Assembly (NCBI GenBank): GCA_051313645.2
Contig: JBNRSN020000004.1
Span: forward strand, 46,314,001 to 46,378,000
Length of the DNA stretch: 64,000 nt
From: Centroscyllium fabricii
Lineage: Eukaryota
Direction: 5' to 3'
Part shown: positions 51,524-61,723 of the stretch, in pieces
Numbering within the stretch: the first letter of the stretch is position 1
Layout: every line of letters begins with the position of its first letter
Program-made: the position numbers and the translations under genes
Notes under the pieces: model-generated
The model's database searches: none
Seen by the model: the letters and a program-made list of their open reading frames with translations, nothing else
Told to the model about the DNA's origin: nothing

Positions 51524-53032
51524 AAATCAGCGGCAGGATTGGACAAAGTCAACATGGACTTACAAAAGGTAAATCGTGCTTGACTAATCTGCTGGAATTT
51601 TTTGAGGATGTAACTGGGAAAATTGATCAGGGAGAACAAGTAGATGTGGTATACTTGGACTTTCAGAAGGCGTTCGACAAGGTCCCGCACAAGAGACTAG
51701 CATATAAAGTTAAGGCACATGGGATTGGGGGCAAGGTATTGACTTGGATTGAGAATTGGTTGGCAGACAGAAAGCAGAGAGTGGGAGTGAATGGGTCTTT
51801 TTCCGAGTGGCAGGCAGTGACTAGTGGGGTACCGCAGGGCTCAGTCCTAGGACCCCAACTATTCACAATATACATTTATGATTTAGAAAAGGGAACTAAA
51901 TGTAATGTCTCCAAGTTTGCAGATGACACAAAGCTGGGAGGGCGTGTGTGCTGCGAGAAGGATACCAGGATGCTCCAGGATGATTTGGACAGGTTGGGCG
52001 AGTGGGCCGAGACATGGCAGATGCAGTATAATGTGGATAAATGCGAGGTTATCCACTTTGGGGGAAAAAACAGAAATGCCGACTATTATCTGAATGGCAA
52101 TAGATTGGGAGAAAGGGAAGTACAACGAGACCTGGGTGTCCTGGTGCACCGGTCGCTAAGGGTGAGCATGCAGGTGCAGCAGGCGGTTAAGAAGGCAAAT
52201 GGTATGTTGGCCTTCATAGTGAGAGGGTTCGAGTACAGGAACAGGGAGGTCTTGCTGCAGTTGTACAGGGCCTTGGTGAGACCAAACCTTGAGTACTGTG
52301 TGCAGTTTTGGTCTCCTTATCTAAGGAAGGACGTTCTTGCCATGGAGGGAGTGCAGAGGAGATTCACCAGGCTGATACCTGGGATGGCAGGATTGACGTA
52401 TGAGGAGAGACTGGGTAGACTGGGTTTGTACTCTCTGGAGTTTAGAAGATTGAGAGGGGATCTCATCGAAACGTATAAAATTCTAACTGGTCTGGACAGA
52501 CTTGATGCAGGAAGAATGTTCCCGATGGTCGGAGAGTCCAGAACCAGGGGCCATCGTCTAAGGATAAGGGGTGACTCATTTAGGACAGAGATGAGGAGGA
52601 ATTTCTTCACCCAGAGGGTGGTGGGGCTGTGGAATTTGCTGCCCCAGAGAGCTGTGGAAGCTACTACGTTGAATAATTTTAAAACAGAGATAGACAGTTT
52701 CCTGGAAGTAAAGGGAATTAGGGGTTATGGTGAGCGGGCAGGTAAGTGGACGTGAGGCTAGGTTCAGATCGGCCATGTGATCTCCTGGACCAGTGTTCGA
52801 TCGCCTAGATGGGTCGGAGAGGAATTTCCCAGATTTTTTCTCCCAAATTGGCTACTGGGTTTTTTATCTGGTTTTTCGCCTCTCCCGGGTGATCACATGG
52901 GTTTGGGCGGGGTGGAGAGTTAAAATAAAATTGAGGTTAAGATCAGATCAGCCATGATCTTGTTGAATGGTGGAGCAGGCTCGAGGGGCCGATTTGCCTA
53001 CTCCTGCTCCTGTTTCTTATGTTCTTATGTTC
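51524..53032 (+). mobile_element. Young 5'-truncated CR1 family C with hairpin-bearing 3' UTR
   Basis: Open frame from IGQSQHG to GKWT* (52755), with GVPQGSVLGP and FADD; (TTCTTATG)n tail. Confidence 0.95.
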
Positions 53033-53277
53033 TGATGAGGTAAAATTTATCGTCGCGTAAAAGTTTAAAGAGACCCCCCCGTCCGGCTCTTTAAAATTGA
53101 ACTAACACAGCGGGGTTTGCTTTTTAAGGTGAACATGCCGACATGGTAACTTGAATTTTTACATGGAAAGCCTCATATTACCTTAACATGATGTGGAGGT
53201 GCCGGTGTTGGACTGGGGTGGACAAATGCAAGAAGTCACACAACACCAGGTTATAGTCCAACAGTTTTATTTTAAAT

Positions 53278-53313
53278 CACAAGCTTTCGGAGTGCTGCTC
53301 CTTCCTCAGGTGA
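53278..53313 (-). ncRNA. Minimal hammerhead ribozyme motif
   Basis: CAC-CUGAGGA-A-GGAGCAGCACUCC-GAAAGCUU-GUG. Confidence 0.7.
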
Positions 53314-53978
53314 AGTGAAGTTGATTCAAAGACAGCACATATGCAAGGGAGAGAGAAATCCTATCTCTCCCACATCTCACCTTAGCAAATAGACAGACAG
53401 AGCAGACAGAGGTGTGTTAACATATTTTAACATATCAGTCTGAGATCAATGAGGCACAGTCACAAGGGGTCAAATGCTGCAGTCCTGTGCGAAAACACAC
53501 GTAAGGAAATTCTTTTAAAAAAATCATTCTAAGACAAAGATGTCTCTGGTCTGGGTGACTCTGCGTCATGCAGGGTCACATGTAGCGTGACATGAAGCCG
53601 ATATCACGGTTGAGGCCGTCCTCATGGGTGTGGAATTTGGCTATCAGCCTCTGCTCGACGATTTGGCGTTGTCGTGTGTCTCGAAGGCCACCTTGGAGAA
53701 TGCTTACCCGAAGATCGGAGGCTGAATGTCCTTCACTGCTGAAGTGTTCCCCGACTGGGAGGGAACACTCCAGCCTGTTCATTCTGAAATCCTTCTGTGT
53801 GTTTTCGCACAGGACTGCAGCATTTGACCCCTTGTGCCTCATTGATCTCAGACTGATATGTTAAAATATGTTAATACACCTCTGTCTGCTCTGTCTGTCT
53901 ATTTGCTAAGGCGAGATGTGGGAGAGATCAGATTTCTCTCTCCCTTGCATATGTGCGATCTTTGGATCAACTTCTCTT

Positions 53979-54015
53979 CCACCTGAGGAAGGAGCAGCGC
54001 TCCGAAAGCTTGTGA
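53979..54015 (+). ncRNA. Minimal hammerhead ribozyme motif
   Basis: CAC-CUGAGGA-A-GGAGC(AGC)GCUCC-GAAAGCUU-GUG. Confidence 0.75.
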
Positions 54016-55633
54016 TTTAAAATAAAACTGTTGGACTATAACCAGGTGTTGTGTGACTTCTTGCAATTTTACCTTAACATGTTATTGAGTCATTCGCAAC
54101 TGGCACCATCATTTCGGGATTGTCGCATTCGGTAATTGGTCGTGTGATCCAATTTTAAAAAGTGCACTCCCCGATTCTAGGTTTGAGGGTATTGCAGATG
54201 AAGGGGTGAGACAGCATCATAGATTGTTAGAGGGGCAGAAGCAATTTATCAGCATCATCTGCACCGTATTCGGTATTTATACCATTTTTGCTCATGTTTT
54301 CCTAGTTGATATAATGGTAAACTGCATGGTCCAAAGATCAAAACGTAATTGGAGCTACAGTGAATGAGTTTTATTTAACCCCGTGTCGATGTTAGGTAAT
54401 TTCATTCAGCAGATCGCCTCTACCTTGTTTGTAAAAATCATTTTGATTTTATTTAGGTTTGCGTAAGGAACAGGATCATGCAAGTTGAATATTTTCATTA
54501 TATATCAAGATGTTGAAGTGTGAGCAGCTTTTTTTACAGGAGGTCAACCTGAATAGAATTATATGCAACATGCCATAGAACTGGAGTTAGACTGCAATAA
54601 ACATTGATAGTTTTGTTTATGAAGCTCTAACTAAAGAAAATGACCCTATCAATTCTGACACAAAAAAACTGTGGCAAATTCACGAGACCCTTCGATACAA
54701 AATACAATCAAAATATCATTATTAAATGACAGGCTTTATAACACCCAATTACCAAAGGAAATTATTCCTAATTCTCCAAGTATATAAGTAACAAGATCAA
54801 AAAAGTTTATTTTTTCCCCTAGATACTTCCATCTTCAACCACCTCTTGTCGAAGAAATATACTTATCAACTGAGTAATCAGGGATCACCCAAAAAAGTTT
54901 CTAACATGCTCTTATGAAACCAATGCCAGCAATAGAGGAAATGATTCTGTTATATTAGCAGTAACTCAGGAAATGTACCACACTATTACAGATCCAATAA
55001 ATATGATTTTTTTAAAGTAGCTTCATTTGATTAATTTCATCTCCACATTTTTAAATTATTTTATTGTGGTGTGTCGACAGGGTTGACAACAACTACACAC
55101 CTCTGTCAAAGTAGTGACAATGACAACAACAATAACACCTTCCATTTTTATAGTAAAGGCCCTGTCACACCTTGACGTTTTAGCTTGCGTATGCAAATTT
55201 GGCCGATACGCTGGTATACGTTGGACAAGTTATGGGTACGTTATGCATACGGTAAGAGAACGTTGCCATACGCTGGACATAAGCTGTATACGTCGTTTAA
55301 GTCGTGATTTTTTGTGCATGCACAAAAAATCACGACGTATAAATGTAACTCTTTATACGCTCAGCATACGCTGAACATACGTTGCAGGCACGTTAGGCGA
55401 TCATTGACACACTTTAGTCATACGTCATAATACGTCGAGATAATGTCTATTTTTCCAGGAACTTATGTCTAACCTATGAGTAACGTGCTTTGAACTTATG
55501 CGTAACGTATCTCCAACGCATATTGACGTATGTAGACGTATTTGACGTCTTGCGGACGACCACAGACCTTACTGAACGTGTTTCTAACTTACAGCTAACG
55601 TATAATGGCGTACTGGCAGCGTTGGGAATTTGG

Positions 55634-55670
55634 TATATAAAAAGGGGTTTCACAGGAGGAACCAGTCAGT
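55634..55670 (+). promoter_or_regulatory. Putative core promoter of the Harbinger transposase
   Basis: TATATAAAA at 55634 and TCAGT at 55666, shortly before ATG 55694. Confidence 0.55.
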
Positions 55671-55693
55671 GTTCCAGACTCCATGGTGAGCAG

Positions 55694-57198
55694 ATGTCCA
55701 TTATCCAAGAGATGGAGGATCCGGCAAGACGAGAATTACTACTAGCTGTCCTCCAACATCAACAAGCACTCTTCGATTTTGCACTGTACCAGAGGCGTGC
55801 CAAAAGAGCCAAGAGAAGATTAGCTGAACGGAGGAGAAGGAACTGGGTGAGACCATGGATCGGGAGGCGACGGCAGTTTGGCATGTATGACCAGCTCATG
55901 GTGGAACTCCGTAACGAGGACCATGCATCCTTCACCAACTTCCTGCGTATGCCCCCAGCGATGTTCGACGAGCTGCTAGCCAGAGTGGGTCCAAGGATAA
56001 CCAAGCAGTACACCTTCTACAGGGATCCGCTTGAGCCTGGCATGAAGCTGGCACTGACTTTGCGTCACCTTGCCTCTGGAAACAAGTATGCCTCGATGAA
56101 GTTCGCATGGAGGGTCCCTCACAACACCCAGTCCATAGTGGTCAGAGAAGTCTGTCAAGCCATTATTGACGAATACGTGGATGAGGTGATGGTTTGCCCA
56201 ACTACTCCTGATGGTTGGCGCGCCATAGCTGACAAGTTCTTCCAAAGATGGAACTTTCCCCATACATGTGGGGCACTTGACGGGAAGCACGTGGCCTGCC
56301 GCTGTCCTCCAAAGACTGGGTCACAGTACTACAATTACAAAGGATTCTACTCCATTGTTCTGATGGCGCTTGTAGATGCAGACTACAAATTTATTTGGGC
56401 AGATGTCGGCGGTACTGGATCTGCATCAGATGCGCAGATATACAATGGCTCTGAGCTAAAGCAATGCGCTGAAGACGGTACCCTTGGTTTCACTGACCCT
56501 GAGCCTCTTCCCTACGACAACCAGGACGTGCCTTACTTCTTCATCGGTGACGATGCCTTCGCCTTACGACCAACCATGATGAAGCCATTCAGCCTCCGTG
56601 GAATGACGAATGAAGAACGCATCTTCAACTACAGGCTTAGCCGAGCAAGAAGGGTAGTAGAAAATGCATTCGGCATCCTGGCTAACAGATTCCAGGTTCT
56701 GCTAAGTACCATGCAGCATCACCCCTCCACTGTCAAGCTCATTGTCAAAGCATGCTTGATCCTGCACAACCTCATGAGGACCAGGTAATTAATGTTTACA
56801 TAGCATATATTATACAGTATGCAATGAAATTTAACTTTTAGCCTATGCTTATAAACATTATATGATTTAATTTAAATTTTACATGTATCATTATATTACT
56901 TTTTAATGTACAGTGCATTAGAATATATGTTTTCATTATAGGTGCGCTTTATAAGTAAATAAAATCAAATTCAAATTCCAGGTACCCAGGACTACAGAAC
57001 CAGCAGCTTGACCAGGCAGAAAATGAGAACCGCGACCTTGTTCCAGGAGCATGGCGAAAGGGACATCAGTTGGAGGATACACAGACAGCTACTGGCCCCA
57101 ACACTGCCTCCAAGGAAGGAAGGAAACAGAGGAATCTCCTCAAGCACTGGGTTAACTCCACAGCTGGCGCAGTTCCGTGGCAAGATAGGATGATTTAG
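55694..57198 (+). CDS. Harbinger (HARBI1-like DDE) transposase, two exons 55694-56784 and 56982-57198, ~435 aa
   Basis: F..FLRM, GALDGKH, YNYKGFYS, IGDDAF, FNYRLSRARRVVENAFG and LHN; a GT-AG intron (56785-56981) restores the C-terminal ...NSTAGAVPWQDRMI*; AATAAA at 57226. Confidence 0.9.
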
Positions 57199-57649
57199 TT
57201 TTTTGTATTACAGCATTGTTCAGGCAATAAAGAGACTTTCCTCCTGAAATGAACATCTTAAAGCCTTTTTTTCAATTATCCACTTTTCAATATACATGTA
57301 CATTATATTATTATACCTTTTTCAAAGTGATTGAATTTATTATTGTTAATTATTGTTGTAATGATTTAAATATTAAAGCAATAAAATCAGCAAACATCAA
57401 CAGTTTGCTCAACTTTTATTAAATCTGTAGTGGTATGATTTGAATCGTCCAATGGCAGCCTTTGAAAAGTCTACACCACGTGATCTTTGGCGATACGCTG
57501 CCGCGCGCTATGCATACGTTAGACTATCGTTGGGCATACGTTATGAATACGCTACTAAACCGCAAAAATTGAACAAAGTGTCAAAAGTTTAGCGTTTTAG
57601 ACTCATTTGCATAGGCTGGCTAAAACGTCTAGGTGTGACAGGGCCTTAA

Positions 57650-58835
57650 CAGAAAGTGCTGGAGATACTCAGTAGGTCAGGCAGCATCTGTGAAGAGAGA
57701 AACAATGGGCCAGAAATTAGCCTTGGAGCCTTCGTGCGAGTGTAGGGCTCCCATTTGCACTTACCCAGCACTTTTGCCGTTTTGAAATTTTGCACTGTGA
57801 ACTCCCGAGTTGTACAGCTTGTGAAAGCCCTGTGCGAGTTGCTGGTGCAACTGAAGGGCGTAATTAATTCGAAATCTCGCACGAGACCACGTGATCGGCA
57901 GGGAGCCAATCAATGGAAGCAATCCTCCATTCATAACTTACACGGAGAAATCTGTGTAACTTTTGAAAAGAGAGATTTTCCAAAATATATCTAAACTCAA
58001 AAATGAAATTTAAAAAACACCACATTTTTAACAGTACTCCAACTAACATAAATTACCTATTTTAAAGAAAAAATAAAAATTTAGAAAATTGTTTTACAGT
58101 CTTTAACAAGCCTAAAAGAATACTTACCTGTCTTTAAAGTTAAAAAAATTAAAAACCTGTAAGAACAATACTTAAAATCTATAAAATAAACACTTACCCG
58201 CTAAAAACGGGTGCTTATGTCTGGTATTTTCAAGCGTAGAATCTTCACTACTTACCTCGATGAAAAACCCTGGGAAAAAAACGGAAGTTTATTGCGCACC
58301 CAATTGTGCGCAGGCGAGTGCAATCCTCATCGCAGCAGCTCTGCCTCCCCCCTCCCCCACTGGCCGCCTTCGGAAATGCATGGAGCAGCTGCAAACGGCT
58401 GCTCCGTGCGATTTGGAGCTCGGGTGCGCTTACACCCGGCTCCAAATCAATATGCGATCATCGGAAATACTGGGCCATGGTTTCAGGTCGAGACCTTTCG
58501 TCAGAACTGGAAAAAAGCAGGAAATGGAACAGATAAATTTACACTTCATCTGGAGCCATCCATTTGTTTCTTAACCTGTCCCATTATAATCTCCTTTTGC
58601 TTTAATGTCTCTTAACCTCTCCTGCCTTCTATCCTATCACAGACCTACCCTTTTGTTCTTTCAAACCCTCCCCCTTTTCCCAACCCCTACACTTGTTTAA
58701 AAATCTGTTCCATTTCCTGCTTTTTTCCAGTTCTGACGAAAGGTCATCGACCTGAAACGTTAATTCTGTTTCTCTTCACAGATGCTGCCTGACCTGCTGA
58801 GTATCTCCAGCATTTTCTGTTTTTATTTCAGATTT
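57650..58835. mobile_element. Penelope P2 inverted pseudo-LTR pair, left arm split by a MITE
   Basis: 57650-57704 plus 58480-58533 are the reverse complement of ~58702-58820; hammerhead AGUU-CUGACGA-AAGGUCAUCGACCU-GAAACGUU-AAUU at 58729-58765 (+). Confidence 0.85.
57707..58476. mobile_element. MITE, GGGCCAGAAATT-TIR class
   Basis: AAT|GGGCCAGAAATT...AAATACTGGGCC|AT; internal homology to 27461-28217. Confidence 0.82.
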
Positions 58836-59630
58836 CCACCACGGCAGCTGGTGGAATTTAAATTCAATTCAATTTAATTCTGGTATTAAATGTTAGTCTT
58901 AGTAATGGCGACCATGATACCATTGTCGATTGTTGCAAAAACCCATCTGGTTCACTAATGTCCTTTAGGGAAGGAAATCTGCCGTCCTTACCTGGTCTGG
59001 CCTACATGTGACTCCAGACCCACAGCAATGTGGTTGACTCTTAATGCCCTCTGAAATGGCCCAGCAAGCCACTCAGTTGTAAACAACCGCTATGCAACAT
59101 TGTGGGTGTACCTACACCATATGGACTGTGGCGGCACGGTGGCACAGTGGCTAGCACTGTTGCCTCACAGCACTGGAGACCCGGGTTCAAATCCAGGCTC
59201 GGGTGACTATCTGTGTGGAGTTTGCACATTCTCCCCGTGTCGGCGTGGGTTTCCTCCGGGTGCTCCGGTTTCCTCCCACAGTCCAAAGATGTGCGGCTTA
59301 GGTTGATTGGCCAGGATAAATTGACCCTTAGTGTTAGGGGGATTGAATATGTGGGGTTACGGGGATGGGGTGGGATATGTGTCGGTGCAGGCTTGATAGG
59401 GATATGGGGGCAGGGGCGGGGTACTGGGTTTGGATGATCAGCCATGATCTCATTGAATGGCGGAGCAGGCTCGAAGGGCCGAATGGCCTACTCCTGCTCC
59501 TAGTTTCTATGTTTCTATGTTTCTAAGAAGGCAGCTCACCACCATCTTCTCAAGGGCAATTAGGGATGGGCACTAAATGCAGGCCTAGCCAGCCAGCGAC
59601 ACCCACATCCCATCAACGAATAAAAAAAAA
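58836..59630 (+). mobile_element. Family-A-tail SINE (head missing) with nested HE1-like SINE (59130-59525)
   Basis: Near-identical to 32265-33190; A-tail; HE1 A/B boxes and long tail inside. Confidence 0.9.
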
Positions 59631-59659
59631 TCTACAGTATTTTCTTTTTCCATTTATAT

Positions 59660-61380
59660 AGTACCTGTAATGTAATTAAACACCCAAATCACTTCACAGA
59701 AGCACCCATCAAAGTTAGTGGAATTGACCAAAAGCATAGCCAAAGAGATACATTTTCAGAAGGCTTTTGAAGGAAGATGGAGAGGTAGAAAGGCAGACAG
59801 GTTAAGGGATAGCATTCCAGAGTGTGGGGCCAAGACAAATGAAGACTCTATGACCAAAGGTGAAGCAGAGAAAGGGCTGCAAAGGAGACCCGAATTGGAA
59901 GAGGGAAAATACACAGCGGAACATAGAGCTGAAGGTTGCTGCACAAAGAGAGACAGATGAACATGTGGAGAGACCTATAGACAAGCACAAGGATCTTAAA
60001 ATCAATGCTGTGTGGAATGGGGAGCTAGTGGAGGATGGCAAGGATAGGGCAATTGTGGAGCAGAACTTACTGAGAGATAGGTTGGATGTGGTGATATGTT
60101 GGATGAGTTGGAGTTTATGTGGGATGGAACTTGGGAAGAATCCAAAGATGTGCGGGTTAGGTTGATTGGCCAGATTAATTGACCCTTAGTGTTAGGGGGA
60201 TTACATATGTGGGGTTACGGGCGATAGGGTGGAATATGTGTCGGTGCAGGCTCGATGGGCCGAAATGGCCTCTATCTGCACTGTAGAGATTCTATGAAGA
60301 CGAATAGAGCTTTGCAGTTGTCGAGCCTGGAAGGGCATGGATGAGGGTTTCAGCAGCAGTGGGGTAGCAGAGAGATAGAGCTAGGGTCGACATTTTTAAT
60401 GGAAATTTATGGATGATGTTGCCAAGGGGCAGCAAGTAGACAAGGAATAGGAGGCAAGGAATGGAACTGTGGAACGCACCCAAGGAGTGCATGTGGGGCC
60501 GGGAGAAGAAGCCGTTTCAGCAGATAGGGTGATTGTGTTGGGACAAGTAGGAGTGGAACCTAACCGGGGTTGTACTACAGCAATTTTGTTTTCCATTTGT
60601 TCTTGGCATGTGGGCACTGCTGGTTAAGCTGTATTTATTGCCAATCCCTAGTTGCCCTGACAACTGAATAGCTTGCTGGGCCAACTGAGAGGACATTAAG
60701 CATTAATCATCTAATGTGGACTAGAGTCACATATAGATTAGACTGAGTAAGAGTGACAAGTACTCTTCCTTGATGGACATTAGTAAACCAGTTAGGTTTT
60801 TATAACAATCCAACAAGTTTTATGGTCATATTTTCTAGTGCTAGCCCACAAGTTACCAGATTTATTGAATTCAATTTCACATCTTCCAATAGTGGGATTT
60901 CACAATCTCTGGGTTGCAAATCCAGTCCCATAACTATTATGCTGAACACAAAAGTGAGACAATGGAGGAGGATGGAATGATTGACCATGCTGAACGCTGT
61001 TGGGAGGATAAAGAGTGGTAGTAAGGGTGGTGTCTTTGATCAGAGCAGTCTTGGATGCTATGGGTTGTACAGAAACCAGACAAAAGGAATAAAGGAAGAG
61101 ATGGGCACAGAGCCGGGTGGCAGTGATACTTTTGATAATCTTAAAAAGGAAATTAAGGTTGCAAATATATCAGTAGTTTCAGTGGATGGAAGGGTCAAAG
61201 GATAAGCTTTATGAGAAGTAGAGGGGAGATAATGGCATTTCTGAAAGATGGAGGGACTAATCCTGAGGAAAGGGAGCGAGTGATGTTGTCAGTGAGCATT
61301 AGGCCAAGAAGAGGTTGTTCTATGGGAAGGAGCAGGATCAGGAGGGAATCAAGACTGCAGGTGGTGGGACTCAAACTGCA
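59660..61380 (-). mobile_element. Highly decayed L2 fragments, with a short-tail HE1 3' piece (60141-60297, +) and a decayed family-A SINE (~60597-60935, -)
   Basis: GCCAAGGGGCAGCA and TCSLDS..SGLVPPSFRNAIISP L2 signatures; SINE matches to copies elsewhere in the window. Confidence 0.6.
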
Positions 61381-61415
61381 ATATGGTTCCACAAACAACA
61401 GCCCTCACTCTAACG

Positions 61416-61723
61416 CAGGGGTCCCCAACCTTTTTGGGGACTTGGCAATTTTTTCGCGGACCGGGGAGGGTGGGGGGGGGGGGTGCTGGCGGAGTTTTTT
61501 TGACTGACCGGGGGGGGGGGGGGGCTGCTGGCGGAGATTTTTTGACTGACCGGGGGGAGGGTTCTGCCGGAGATTTTTTGACTGACCGGGGGGGGGGGTG
61601 CTGGCGGAGTTTTTTACACTGACCGGGGGCGGGGTGTCTTCCGTTGGCGAATGATCTGCGCGGACCGGTAAGAATGTCCCGCAGACCGGAACCGGGTCGC
61701 GGACCGGCGGTTGGGGACCACTG
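61416..61723. mobile_element. hAT (Charlie-like) MITE, same family as 46658, opposite orientation
   Basis: 8-bp TSD CTCTAACG; TIRs CAGGGGTCCCCAACC / GGTTGGGGACCACTG. Confidence 0.93.

Larger units (their letters stand above)
53191..54068 (-). mobile_element. Penelope-like element (P1): pseudo-LTR, GIY-YIG C-terminus and inverted pseudo-LTR
   Basis: 13-bp TSD TTACCTTAACATG (53178-53190 and 54069-54081); ORF 53576-53842 with LPVGEHFS..H...EQRLIAKFHTHEDGLNRD; ~270-bp inverted repeat. Confidence 0.92.
55157..57646 (+). mobile_element. PIF/Harbinger DNA transposon with both ends intact, 2490 bp
   Basis: TAA TSD (55154-55156 and 57647-57649); 28-bp TIRs AGGCCCTGTCACACCT(T/A)GACGTTTTAGC with one mismatch; ATACG-rich subterminal repeats. 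Confidence 0.96.

Noticed and set aside
53030-53070. CTGATGAG after the CR1 tail, resembling a hammerhead core
   Set aside because: No stem II followed by GAAA
55490-55693. N-terminal 68 codons of the 432-aa Harbinger ORF
   Set aside because: Non-ATG start running through subterminal repeats and the TATA box
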